DNA of 63,581 nucleotides, counting the filler, from Choristocarpus tenellus KU-1152 (lineage: Eukaryota > Protista > Phaeophyceae), in the NCBI GenBank assembly GCA_964200185.2. It is 10 parts of 10 records of this genome, joined end to end, with 100 filler letters (N's around TTAATTAATTAA, not from the genome) between each part and the next. Parts side by side here need not be neighbours in the genome. Positions count along the whole stretch, not along the records: positions 20,473 to 24,969 come from CAXNAD020014289.1; positions 25,070 to 29,027 come from CAXNAD020016933.1; positions 29,128 to 34,257 come from CAXNAD020011780.1; positions 34,358 to 41,359 come from CAXNAD020006887.1; 6 more parts are not named here. One strand, given 5' to 3'. The translations under genes and the position numbers were made by a program. This document shows, in pieces, positions 24,602-37,078 of the stretch; the stretch's first letter is position 1, and every line of letters starts with the position of its first letter. The notes under the pieces are model-generated. The model saw nothing but the letters and a program-made list of their open reading frames with translations. It had not been told where the DNA came from and searched no databases.

Positions 24602-26065
24602 CTGCAACAAAAAAGCACCCCAATTGAGGGGGGCAAAAAAAAAAAATAAAGAAACAAAAAATAAAAAAAAACTCAACCACCTTGGGAGCAGAGAGACCTC
24701 CCTCGCATACTTTATTTACTCTTTTCACCGGATCTAGTGAGAAAGAGACAGCCCTATGTAGGTTACTCCTCCCAAATGGAGGGTTCTTGATGGAAGAAGA
24801 CCTTTCCTTTACTTCCTCCTCACACAAACAACAACATCGACATCAACATCGATTGGAGCAAACAGTACAGGAACAAAAAAAAAAAATGTTCAAAAAAAAA
24901 AAAACTCACTTTGCAGACGGGGAGAATCGAGGGGACCGCAAACACAAAAAAAAAAAAAAATCACAAAAANNNNNNNNNNNNNNNNNNNNNNNNNNNNNNN
25001 NNNNNNNNNNNNNTTAATTAATTAANNNNNNNNNNNNNNNNNNNNNNNNNNNNNNNNNNNNNNNNNNNNCGAAATGGACGCCCCCTCACAAACCACACAC
25101 ACACACACACACACACACCCCCAGATACTTTGACCCATTAGTTCTCTTGTCACTACACAGTACACTATCTAACACAAAGGACTTCATCGCTGTGACTACA
25201 ACTGCAATGATACTTCACACCAACACAAAGGCCTCCATCCTCAGAAGCTGCACATAGAGTCGTAGTCATGCAGGGCATCTGCTCCATGGCCCCTAAAATA
25301 ATTTAAGTCCTTGCATTGAGCATAGAGGGCAACAGCTTGTACGTGGAAAATTCAAGACACCACACACTCGACAGTCCCATCAAGAAATATCGCAGGATGA
25401 GCTCAATATGCTACTGGCACACACATCCTGCGCCTAAGCCAGCCCAGAGATAGATCGGACCTCTACCAGATATTGCAAAGGGAAGTGCCTCAAGAAAACT
25501 TGAATTTTTGCTGGTAACTAGGTGGCGGTGGCTAACCTTCTCCATTGGAGAGCAATTTTGACAAGACTAGGGTCTTAAGGGTAGGCTTAAGTCTGAGGAG
25601 TGTCAAAATTTCGACCAAAATAGTCAATGTGAGAATAGAACATTGACTATCCAGTAGTCGATGTTGATTAACACGGCTCATTGACAGTGAGAGAGGAGGG
25701 AAAGTTCAGCAGTGGGGAATTTGGAGGAGAGGGGCTGCATCAATCACACCTTGCTTTTCTTTCAAGCTCTGCAACACTTGGCTTTAAAAACTCCAAACCT
25801 AAATCTAATTCAACCACAAGGACGGAATGCTATGCATGGTCCTCGGGATGCACTTTTAGCAGGAGGGAATGAGTTGCTAAAATATGCTGTACTCGTCATG
25901 TATCAATAAAGCTATCTCCAGCCTAACCTCAACACTGCAGTCTGTTCACCTCGAGCCGGTGATGCATTGAAATTTCGGCGAGACAAATCGCATGTTGTGC
26001 GTATTTCACTTTCTTGCAATATCATTGTTGTGGGTAGTGAGGAATCCTTCAATGTTCGTGCTCAC

Positions 26066-26742
26066 CTGAGGAAGCTTAAAAGGTCGCCATAATCGAACTC
26101 GAGGTCCTCTCTTCAACGCCTTCTTTACACTACCCGCTTTCCACGCCATCTCAACATTGCATTCAAATCCAGGTTCATCTGCCTCATCCTTCCCCCCCTG
26201 CCCTTCTCTTTCTCGCTCCAAGGACGGCGTAGCACCACCTCTTGTCTTACCTCTTGCGACTGCAACTTGGAGGACTGTCTGTTACGCAGGGATGAGAGAC
26301 CAGATCGAGACTTAAAGACTGCCCAAGGATGGGACAGCACGGCAGCATGAATGTACGATATAGTCACCAGCAAAAACACCCGGAAGGTATAGTCAAAAAA
26401 CGTGAGCAGAGACAGCAAAAATGTCCACCAACGGCCTACCAACCCATTCGGAGGTAGAGATTGACCAAACAACACCAGAATTATGGGGCCGACTCGCATT
26501 GCAGCATGAACATTTTATCTCACCATCCACGGTTGTCTAGCCACCGCATGATCGTTGACTATTCTGGGCACGGGGTACGCAGCGATTACCTTGGCCCCGG
26601 TTGGCATGTGGGTCTCCTGACGGGCACTTTCTCCCAGCTTGTGTTGAGCCTGGGCAGCTCGTTGATTCAATTCGAGTGCCTTGCACTTGTCTTCCTCTTC
26701 CCGAAAGTCCTGTTCCTGTTTCGCCTCGCGCTCCAGTTCAAC
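26066..26742 (-). CDS. Two in-phase exons (26742-26590, 26278-26066) of an unidentified charged protein
   Basis: CAG acceptors and GTAATC/GTGAGC donors, both phase 0, open reading VELEREAKQEQDFREEEDK...RLWRPFKLPQ. No recognisable domain. Confidence 0.4.
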
Positions 26743-27269
26743 CTGGCAGATGCATTGCGAAAAGATTAGATTCTAAGGCAGGTAGGACAAATATAAAAGT
26801 TGAGTCAGGTTTGTGCTTTGTACCAAAAACAGCAAACTGAGCTAGCTCCATCGAAAATCAGAAAGAAGAAAACACTATTTCCAGACCTTGCATTCGGCCT
26901 TCGCCTTCAGGCGAGATGATACTCGCCCTGGCATAATTTACCAGGTTCTTGCGAGGAAGCTATCGTCTAAGACAACAGAGGATTTGTAAAAGAGAGGCAT
27001 GACTGGGAGTTGATCGTGTGATCAAGCGCGCAACTTGTGCGCGTCTCGATTCAACATTTTGATCATTTCATTTTGGTCTCTTCATTCTTTTTTTCGACTC
27101 TGGATTGGAGGGATATTGACTTGTCGAACCACTGTTCTCAGCCTATAATATTATAGGTTGCTTCCCTGCGTCCTCCCCAACCTTCTTTCAACTATCTTGA
27201 TAGAAGGACAATATTATGAATATATTATTACGTTGGCCAACATTTTGGAGATGTTAGAGAAAAGGCGAG

Positions 27270-27490
27270 AACAATATAGAGTACTCAACACCTTCACGTT
27301 GGAAAGTTTTGGGGGCCTCGGCAAGCAAGCGGAACGTTTCCTGGATGAGCTAGCTACACACACAGTAGGGGGGAGAGAAACTGGGGGCTACAGCAGAAAA
27401 GGAGTCGTCAAATCCCGCCTACGCCAGATAGTCTCAGTCACAACGCAAGTAGCCCTATCTAGACAGGCCATGCGTTATAAGCTGGAGTGA
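27270..27490 (+). mobile_element. 3' end of a CRE-like non-LTR retrotransposon ORF (restriction-like endonuclease C-terminus)
   Basis: TFTLESFGGLGKQAERFLDELA...RLRQIVSVTTQVALSR resembles the C-terminal motif of RLE-bearing LINEs. A second, degenerate copy lies at 54250-54405. Confidence 0.7.
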
Positions 27491-28570
27491 CCAAGGAGAT
27501 GGGCAAGGAGGGGTTTGTTAGATTCTTGGGATGCTTCCCTAGCTCCTCACCCTGGGTTGCAGGAATAGGTTTGAGAAACAGGAAGGCAGTAGTACAACAG
27601 ATAGTAGTAAAATAGGAAACAGATTAAAAAATTTCAGTCTTGTGACAGCTTTTACTTCCTTAGAGATATTTCAGACATGTGAATAGTTTTCATTAGTTTT
27701 CCCCCTGGCATATCTCCAAAGTATCAGAGGGCATAATAAAATAGTATGTAGCACATTCTTGTACCAATCTTCAGAAGAGGGAACATTGTTGTATGGATAG
27801 TTTTCAAATAGCAAATATATTTCAAAGAGATATCCATTACATTAACACCTACAATTATTCTTAGTACAACAGTAGTAATATAGGTTTGGTTTTTCTCTGA
27901 CACACATGTAAAATATCGGAAGGCATAATAATATATAGTAAGGTAGATTGGAGCCATAGGAGGGGAGTGAGTGGTGTGGCATAGCTGTAATTAAAATAGT
28001 AAATCGATTATAGAGAAAAATATTTCACATTTACGATAACTGCTACATTTTCAGAGGTTGTTCTGATATTTGTTGGATCCTTGGGATGCTTCCCTAGCTC
28101 CTCACTCTGGGTGCAGGAATAGGTAGATTGGAGGCAAAGGAAGGCAGAGGTACAACATAGTAGTCAAATAACAAATAGATACATGTTTTTCACATTTTTG
28201 ACATATTTTACTTCGGAGATTTTTCTGACATGCGAATAGACTTTTCATCGGTTTTTCCTTCGACACATCTGCAAAATGTCAGAGGGCAAAATAATATATA
28301 TATATAGTCACCAAGAAGGGAGATAGGCAAGGAGGGGCTTCTTAGATCCTTGGGATGCTTTCCCACCTCCTCAATCTGGGGCGCAAGAATAAAATTGAGA
28401 CAGAGGAAGGCAGCAGTACAACATATATAGTAGTAAAATAGGAAAGAGATCAATTTTTCACTTTTGTGACAACTGTTACTTCCTTCTTAGGGATTTTTCA
28501 GACATGTGAATAGTTCCATTAGTTTTTCCCCTGAAACATCTGCAAAATGTCAGAGGGCATAATAATAAAA
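27491..28570 (+). repeat. Repeat family D (~260 bp, LINE 3'UTR/SINE-like); three copies here (about 27491-27745, 28075-28300, 28308-28570)
   Basis: Shared GGGATGCTTCCCTAGCTCCTCAC...TGCAAAATGTCAGAGGGCATAATAA with an A-rich end. Other copies at about 43000-43080, 43258-43320(-), 44030-44100(-), 55209-55390 and 60352-60632(-). Confidence 0.75.
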
Positions 28571-28851
28571 ATATATACATGGTCTACCACTGATATGATA
28601 TCTGTGTTACAGACAGGAGCTTGGGAGGGACGCAGACCCCTACGCTCCATTGACCTGTACAAGGTGTACGACTCTATTTTCCGTCTCCTCTTGTTCTGGA
28701 AAGTATGCTGTTCACAAATTTTGGAGTACGGCAGAAGGAGATGATGTCAGTCATCCTCAAGATCCGCAACAGATCAACATAATGCTCAAAGGTAGTGGTA
28801 CCTAGAAACATTTGTTGGTCATCTCCAACCCATAACCAATCATTGTCCTAA

Positions 28852-29020
28852 GACCCAAAGTATCTGGGGGGGGAGGGGTCTACACCAGGGTGTCCATTTG
28901 GGGCATAATCACGAAAAGTGCATTTTCATTATCGATCCGACGTATGGAATCAAATCACCCCAAAATCGCGACATGAAAAAATTGGCCCCAAATGGACAGC
29001 CGCCACCCCCCCCCCCCCAC
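28852..29020 (+). mobile_element. MITE family B (~180 bp), right end lost near the contig break
   Basis: GACCCAAAGTATCTGGGGGG...GTGTCCATTTGG...CCCCAAATGGACAGCCGCCACCCCCC. Confidence 0.8.
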
Positions 29021-30609
29021 ATAATTTNNNNNNNNNNNNNNNNNNNNNNNNNNNNNNNNNNNNNNNNNNNNTTAATTAATTAANNNNNNNNNNNNNNNNN
29101 NNNNNNNNNNNNNNNNNNNNNNNNNNNTGAAGCGCATGACACGTCGAGACAATGCCACTTGCGTAGTCACCGAAACAATTTGGCGTAGCCTGGCTATATT
29201 ACATTATTTTGACGAAATATTGTAGGTATAGGATTTCAGGTAACGGGAGATGCGGTATGACTACTACTACTATAAATATAGAAAAAACATGTGCTGAAAT
29301 GAAGGTCTCCTCTCCATTGAACTCACCTGGCATACATGGAAATCAATCAAAACCTCCATAATAGGAGTACCTAAACAGTTAGTTGTCACAACTGATTGAA
29401 GCCAACAATAACAATAACGATATTTCCAAACCTTTATTTTTTTCATGTATGTAGAGTAACAACTTCATTGAGTAATTATTGAATATACCTCACCCCCCTT
29501 ACCCCACACATCACACATGTCACACGGAGATGAAGTCTTGCCACCTCATTCTTGGGTTTTCTCCACTATTGTCGTATAGAGAGAGAGGTTGCATAGTGTA
29601 AGTGAATAGTCCACTTAGTGTGTGGTTGCCATGCAGAGTTCGGATCATCCAAACCAGATTCCCCAGAAAGGAAAATAACGTTGAGGGGATTTGATCCCTC
29701 AATAGTATTACTTGTTGAGGAACGGAACGGAGAATTTCAAATCGGACACAGCAGATATCCTTTTTGGAGGCGGGAAAAACCGACGTTTCTTTTTTTCCCG
29801 CACTCTAGACATGTCACTACATGAAGAGCCTTGAGACGAAATCCATGTCTCTGGCTGAATGGCTTGGTGGGAAGAGTCCTTTATTGTTATAATGAATACG
29901 GACTCTGTACTACAACTACTACTATAATTGGTGAATTCGAACGTCTTTATTATGAACAAGGTAACCCCTATTATACTACAACGACTTCCTAGCCTTTGTT
30001 GTAAAGAATATAGACCTATCTATATATATTATATTGTGTTAATTTTGTAGATGCGATCATGGGGGGACAAAAAGTAACGTACAAGGCATAGAATACAACA
30101 AAAACCACAACACAATCTGTTTAGCTTATTTATGCGTACAGGAATATTGGTTTGTTCACACCTCTTTTTTTTTGCTTGTCACTACTTTTGGATGGGATAG
30201 TATTCATAATGCCTCCAAACTGTACAATTTGACAGCACGATAGTCATTGAGCAAAAAAAAAAGTTGGATTGGTAAAATCACTTCGTTTTAGAGTGTTACC
30301 GTGGAATGCTAATCCCTGTCAACTTTTGGATCGGAGAGTAGATATAACCGTGACTACTCTTCTGAATCGTCGTAAGGCCAACAGTCAATTTCCAGGGAAC
30401 TGCTGAGAAACTGTAACGCAATACTGTGTAACCGTCGGTGCCTGTCATCGTTTTCCTCTTTTTTGATATTTTGTGTCGTATTTCTTCGGTTGTTTTGTTG
30501 GATTGGTGACTGGGGAGTGTATTGGATTCTTGTGTTCTTGTTCGGAGAATCCAACGTTGCCTACTAAACCTCGTCCTGGACATGATCTCATCGTTTGGAA
30601 CAATCGCAA

Positions 30610-31387
30610 ATGATAAGGCGTGGGGGATACAGGCGGCTGGGCAACATCGAGAGAGGGAATGATGACAACGAGCAAGAGGATAGAGGCAGATACGCTAGCG
30701 AGATCAGCTCCAGCTTGTCTTTGCAGATATTGCTCTATTACAACACCCTCATCTCCGTTGTATACCTAATCCTGGAGGGTGGACTTGTTCTTGAGAAGGT
30801 TTGATGGTTCGCCTATACAATGAATGGAGATGAGATGCATGTACACGTTCATAGTTGTCAGCATGGGTCACATTGACCGCAGCGTGTCTTCGGGAATGCA
30901 TATGCTCTTCTTTATATACGTGGGCAGATGGAGTCCCCTTGTGCACTGTGCTTGGTGTATCATGTTTAAAGGACGATGACTGCCAAAGTCAAAGGATGTA
31001 TTTAGATATTTGAGTTGATCCCAGTACCGTAAAATATATGCCACCAAACTAGTGTTGTCGTTTGGATGGTGGTGCGTCTAAAATCGATCTCAGGAAAGAC
31101 TAGATTGATCCCTATCTCATGTCCCTCTTTGCTTTGCGCTGACTGCTCTGCGCACAGGCCTCATGGTGAGTTGCAGCAGTCCTAATTCTCAACCTCCTTT
31201 GCATCCTGCGTTCTCTCTCCTTTCTTTGTCCAATTTCTCCCCTTCTTCCGCCTTTCAAAACCAGTTATTGCACTACGTCTTCGAATCCTCCCTTCAGCGC
31301 ATGCTGCTTGCACCTGTTTTCATCTTATGGGTCTTGGCAGAACTTCTCCGTTTTTACTTCGGCTTCAAAGGGAATATCAAGGAGATG
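30610..31387 (+). CDS. TMEM17/TMEM216-family ciliary transition-zone membrane protein, first two exons (30610-30798, 31265-31387); remainder not found
   Basis: ISSSLSLQILLYYN...LEK and WVLAELLRFYFGFKGNIKE match the family pattern SSL.LQ.L.YFN / E..RLY.G..GN..E. Phase-0 GT-AG intron. Confidence 0.7.
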
Positions 31388-32491
31388 GTGAGCTCGACGA
31401 GATTGTAATGGATTCGCGTACTTTCTACTCTCTGATCTTGGACTGATTGTACAATAATAGGAGCCGGCATAACAAATTAGAATGCTGAACTCTCCCCCCC
31501 CACCTCATATTCTTCGTTGTTGTCATCCCATATATACAATTTTTTTCACCTACCTCGTAATATTACGTACATATATATATGCATAAATATTTGTGCAGGT
31601 AGGGTGGTTACTTGTTGTTGAGAGGTGCCTCCCAGTACACCGTGCTACTAGCCAACCTGTTGTTTGGCTTTTTCACCCGGGTCTACGCTCCCCTCCTCCC
31701 GCGTGACGCAATCCCACCTGCCTATCACCATGCCTTGTTCGCTGGTGCACAAAATCTTAAAAAAACATTATAAGAAAAAAATTGCTTCCGTTGAATGTAA
31801 ATGCCTTCTTACTTCCCTCTTCAACCATTCAGTGTTCAACACACGGATCATACCGCCAGAATTCTTTGAGTCGTGATAGTAGTGTGTTTCGATGTTGCTT
31901 CAGTTGCATTATTGTTGACTTGCAATATTCCTGCTGAAGTATCTTTGGGTAGCAATTATCAGGCTCTTACTTGGGCTTGTCGGCGAGAGGTAAAATACGT
32001 ACATGTCAAAAGAACAATGCAAACTGAAGTAATCATGGATGAATGGAAAGTATGCAGTACACCTAGAAGTAATGTAACTGCACCGTTTCTTAGATTACAG
32101 TCTGCTTATAATTAAACCGACCTACTAAAGCATGTATATGTATATATATATGCATTGTATGACCTAAACTATTTATTGTCCCAACTACCACTACCACAAC
32201 TACACTCCTTACCTCTGGTATGCACTTGGCCCTCTGTGTCCTACTGCGCTATATATACATGGGTACCCATCCACTGGGGTGTGTTGTTACTGCCCAGCAC
32301 GTTAAGATTTCTCTTTTACTACTTAGTGTGGCAAGATTCGATCATGTCACAAGTACTCCAAGTAGTTTTATTGTGGTATGTGTGCAACTTCTTGGTGTAT
32401 GGGCCGTGCCAAGACCAGTTGGCCTTGACAAGAATCAAACTATAAAACCATCCCTGTCAACCACCAGGCTGATGGACACAAGGAGATCGAA

Positions 32492-32753
32492 GAGTGAAAG
32501 TATCTTAGGGTTAGGGTATGAGTTTTGCCCTGTTTGTCCATTTGGGGCTTATCTTCCCTCAGGGTTTTATGATATTTTCCTACTCCAAAATATTTCGGAG
32601 TAGGTAAAAATGTATATATTATGAAAAGGTGTGTCTGGAACAAGGATATTGATACTTCCTAAAAAACACGATAGACAAAATTACATCAAAATCCCAACAT
32701 TGGGTTTTGACCCCTAAATAGATGTGGCTCTACCCTCTAAGATAATTTGGCTC
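32492..32753 (+). mobile_element. MITE family A, TSD CGAA
   Basis: GAGTGAAAGTATCTTAG...CTAAGATAATTTGGCTC with CGAA on both flanks. Confidence 0.9.
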
Positions 32754-33065
32754 CGAAGTTATATCCTAGTTACTATTGAAGTGCATACAAAGCGCAACAA
32801 TGATTGACAACACAACAAGATGGCCCTTTTTTTTTCTATCAAGGTGAGCTAATGAGATGCATTTGGTCTGCAACACTCCCCACCTCCTTGTTTTAAGATT
32901 ATGTTACCCTCCTCTACATCTATTTAGAAATGATATTCTTACTAGTTTTTTTTTAATAATATTTATATTTTATATTTATCCCTATAGAGTACGCATGTGT
33001 TTTCTCTAATATATGCTAACTAGCTTTTTTATTTTATTGTTTGTTGCCAGACAGAACATGATTCA

Positions 33066-33325
33066 GAGCCAAGGTATCTTAGAGGGTAGAGCTGCGTCCA
33101 TTTGGGGGTCAAAATCCAGTGTTTCGATTTTGATGTAATTTTGGCTATCTTGTTTGTTAGGAAGCGTCAATATCCTTGTTCCAGGTAACAACTTTTCATA
33201 ATGTATACATTTCCCTACTCTGAAATATTTTGGAGTAGGAAAATGTCATTAAAAAATCCATGGGAAGGCCAAGTCCCAAATGGACAAACAGGGCAAAACC
33301 CGTACCTTTTAAGATACTTTCACTC
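33066..33325 (-). mobile_element. MITE family A, 3-bp TSD TCA
   Basis: GAGCCAAGGTATCTTAGAGGGTA...AAGATACTTTCACTC with TCA on both flanks. Confidence 0.9.
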
Positions 33326-34010
33326 TCAACCTCTCAGGCCCATAGTATCATAGAGGGGGGGGGTTTACACCAAGTCGTCCATTTGGGGCTTGATGGGGTC
33401 TTGTACAGCAGCCCAGTTTGATGCCTGTTTTGTAGGTGATTCATACTATTGTCCTCAAGAGGTTATGGAGGGGAAGTGAAAAATGCTCAAAAATATTAAA
33501 TTTTTGTAGGGTGCACAGATATCTTGAAGCACCTTATCAGAGTGAGCATAACCTCCGCAGTATTCATTTTTCCCCTCTAATATATGGGGCACCCTAAGAA
33601 GGGATCACGTTTGCGTTAAGCGATACTTAAACTATTGCGGTTGCCACTCAGATTTCGTGCCTCAGCTCTGGAAGGCTTTATATTAGCCAAGGCAGAAGAA
33701 TTAAATAAAGACTAACATTCACATCGAGTCAAAGTAGACAAGAGGTGCCCACCCAAAGCCTTGACCGATTTCCATTTTATTTATTTTTTTCAATATTTTT
33801 TCCAACATTTTTTCGATTCGCCCATATATCTATGGATGAACTTCTAAGTTCGACTCGAGAGAGTTTATTTCTGTTTTTTTCTTTTTTGAAACTGCTCCGA
33901 CACAGTTCAAAAAATGTACCGCACACTTTCGTTTAACAATCCGAATTCTGTCCATAGTTGTCAACATCCTTGAAATGCAACCCTGGGTTACCTCTTGCTT
34001 GCTTTTGACT

Positions 34011-34190
34011 GGCCAAAAGTGTCTGGGGGGGGGGGGGTCTACACCAGGGTGTCCGTTTGAACCAAAATCAGGAAAAGTGCATTTACATTATCCATCCCAC
34101 GTATGCAACCCAACCACACAAAAATCGCGACATGAAAAAATTGACCCCAAATGGACAGCCGCCACCCCCCCCCCCCAAATACTTTGAGCC
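34011..34190 (+). mobile_element. MITE family B
   Basis: GGCCAAAAGTGTCTGGGGGG...CCCCCAAATACTTTGAGCC. Confidence 0.85.
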
Positions 34191-35971
34191 ACAAATTGCG
34201 AAACCCACATTATTTTTTTTGCTTATTTTATCTCTTTACAAATCAAAAAGTTGTGTTNNNNNNNNNNNNNNNNNNNNNNNNNNNNNNNNNNNNNNNNNNN
34301 NTTAATTAATTAANNNNNNNNNNNNNNNNNNNNNNNNNNNNNNNNNNNNNNNNNNNNCCATTCACTCACTATACCCCCCCCCGCTTGTGCAGCTATCAAA
34401 TCACACTTTTTATCCCTTCCTCAGTGTCAGCCTCTATACAAAACCTCAGTCAAATTGCTGCCCTAACACTATCCTAGTGTGGGCATCTATACGAAAATCC
34501 TAATCTTACATATTTATTTTATTTGTACATGCTGTGTATTCTTGTATACTTTTACTTCCTATGGCATGATGTTCGCTCTTCTTATCATGGTGTATATTAG
34601 CATGCCCGACAGCCTTTATGTAGCCAGTAGGGCTCAGTAAGATGCATCCTCATCAATCTGCTACCCATGGCTCCGACCTCCGGCATTTGAGTCCATATAT
34701 ACTATACTTTTAACTATTCAACATGTAGATATGAAGTACTATGATGCCGACGATAAGGGAATGTGTTGTAACTATGTGTAGTAGTCCGGAGTATACATGA
34801 TTTTAAGGAAAGACATAGCAGCGCACCAGATTCTAAGTAGTAGAGGTATTAATTAGTAGTGGCAATAACTTTGTACCTGAATTCTAGAACAAGTATGTTA
34901 CACTTCATGATGTGTATGTTACAGTGATGGTATCATTTTTATCGTCTGCTATACAATACTCAAAGCACTGTAGCATAGTTGCATCACACACTACTATCAC
35001 CACATCCATCTGTGGTCTGTGGATAGGGGACCACGTATTGTGCACAGGCCTTCACAGGGTGCACTCACAAAATATTTCTGAGGAATATGTATGTAGTACG
35101 TACTCTCAGCATACAATGGATGGAGAACCTCTATTTGCAACTTGCATTGAATACCATTGAACTATAGTACCATTATTTCCTCCACAGTCATCATCGCAAT
35201 GGAAGAACTCTTGATCTGTAGAAATTTTCCGTCGGCCGAACTTGTCATCATACATGTATCTCGTAGGGATGGAATAATATCAAAAATGTTCCGTATACAC
35301 ATTATTATACGCATAATAATTTTGTTCGTATTGTTATTCTTGGTATATTTTACAGTGTGATGAGCAGAAAGAGGACTGATACTTCTTTTGTGAGCTTCAC
35401 CAATACAACATCCACTGGTATTGGTACTACAGAAGATGTCAACGAGGTGCATGCTTAAAATATTTTTGGATGAGAGGGGGGTGATACTTGAATGACAGAT
35501 ACAAAAGCATCACTTCTGTACCCACCTTCTTCCATCTTCCTTCTACAGCCTGCTGTACTGCACAGAGTGTTGCAACAAAGATTTCGACCCTAACCCTAAC
35601 TGAGTTGAAGGGGGGGGAGGAAGGGTGTTGATACTACCCACACACACAGCATCACTACTACCCATCCCTAGAACTGTCTTCCGGGTATCACCTAGAAGGG
35701 GTGGATATTAATACAACAAGCTCCAATGAGAAATATGATGCATTTAGAATGAGGGGTGGGGGGTGGGAGGGAGGCTCTGGCGATTATTTGAACGATCCAC
35801 ACATAGCATCACTTCCACCCTCACCTGGAGCTATCCTCTTCCTACTCCTACCACCTACAAGTTCCTGCAAGAGCCATTAATGAGATCCATGATGAGATTG
35901 AGGGATGGCGGGGGTGGGTGCTCCATTGGCTGTTAAGACCATCTAACTGCAGCATCATTTCCACCCCAACT

Positions 35972-36146
35972 GGCTCAAAATATCTGGGGAGGGGGGTGGC
36001 GACTATCCATTTGGGACCAATTTTTTCATGTCGCGATTTTTGGATGACCTGGTTCCATACTTCGGATGGACAATGAAAGCGCGCTTTTCTTGGTTTTGGT
36101 CCAAATGGACACCCTGGTTTAGACCCCCCCCCAGATGCTTTGGGTC
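35972..36146 (-). mobile_element. MITE family B, 3-bp TSD ACT
   Basis: GGCTCAAAATATCTGGGG...CCCCAGATGCTTTGGGTC with ACT on both flanks. Confidence 0.85.
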
Positions 36147-36897
36147 ACTAAACACTGTTGTTGCTCTACAACCTGCAATGAATGACAAGAATGATTTGAA
36201 CCCTGACCCTAATCCATTATGTGTGCGTGTAACTTCCACAACATTTAGAATCATCCTCCTCTATCAGTCTTCCTGCCAAGGCTGTATCTCAGTGAGGATG
36301 TATTTCGTGAGGTATCGTCAAGCGATAAATAATCTGTGACATATTGAGAAAGGTACTCTGTAACATACACCATGTTGTATTTACTGGAATGGGGGCCTGT
36401 GATTGGTGAAATCTATGTCCGTGCTTTCCTCCTAGAATAGGTCTCCTTGTTGGATCTTCTAGCTCATTCAAGTGACAAGGCATGCAAGACCGTTTATTGG
36501 ACCTGTGTATATTGAATACAATGTGGGATCATGCTGTTCTCTCTTGTTGTACTTACGATATACCACCTGTATATTATCCGTTCTCATGTGCCCCAAGAGG
36601 TTTTACTTCAAGACCTGAACAGGTGTTTCACAATTAGACAACTATCAAATGCTTGATCGCTCATCCAACTCACAAAGAAATATACATGGCCTACTTGAAA
36701 CACCTACAACAATGCTCTCCTGGGTATGTGAATGGAACACACTATGTGCTACGGGAAGGAAAGGAGGTGAGGGGCTTTGTCAACAGTATTTTGCAATAAA
36801 CACAGAGCATTCATTCTTTCCCCACCTGCACATATCTTCTCCCTTCCAAGCCATGAAGTACAGCAAAGGGGGTTGTACAACGACATGAAGTTGGTCA

Positions 36898-37078
36898 GAC
36901 CCAAAATATCTGTGGGGGGGAGGGGGGGTCTGCACCAGGGTGTCCATTTGGACCATAACCAGGAAAAGTGCACATACATTATCCATCCGACGTATGCAAC
37001 CGAATCACCCAAAAATCGCAAGATGAAAAAATTAACCCCAAATGGACAGCCACCACCCCCTCCCAGATACTTTGAGCC
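36898..37078 (+). mobile_element. MITE family B, 3-bp TSD TCA
   Basis: GACCCAAAATATCTG...CAGATACTTTGAGCC with TCA on both flanks. Confidence 0.85.

Noticed and set aside
28898-29083. Recurring short ORFs (KNRDMKKLAPNGQPPPPP; SQAPNGQTGQNSYPL) that look like a peptide family
   Set aside because: They are chance translations of MITE families A and B, with frame-breaking differences between copies.
29520-30583. Possible gene divergent from the TMEM17-like gene
   Set aside because: Multiple stops and no consistent spliced frame.
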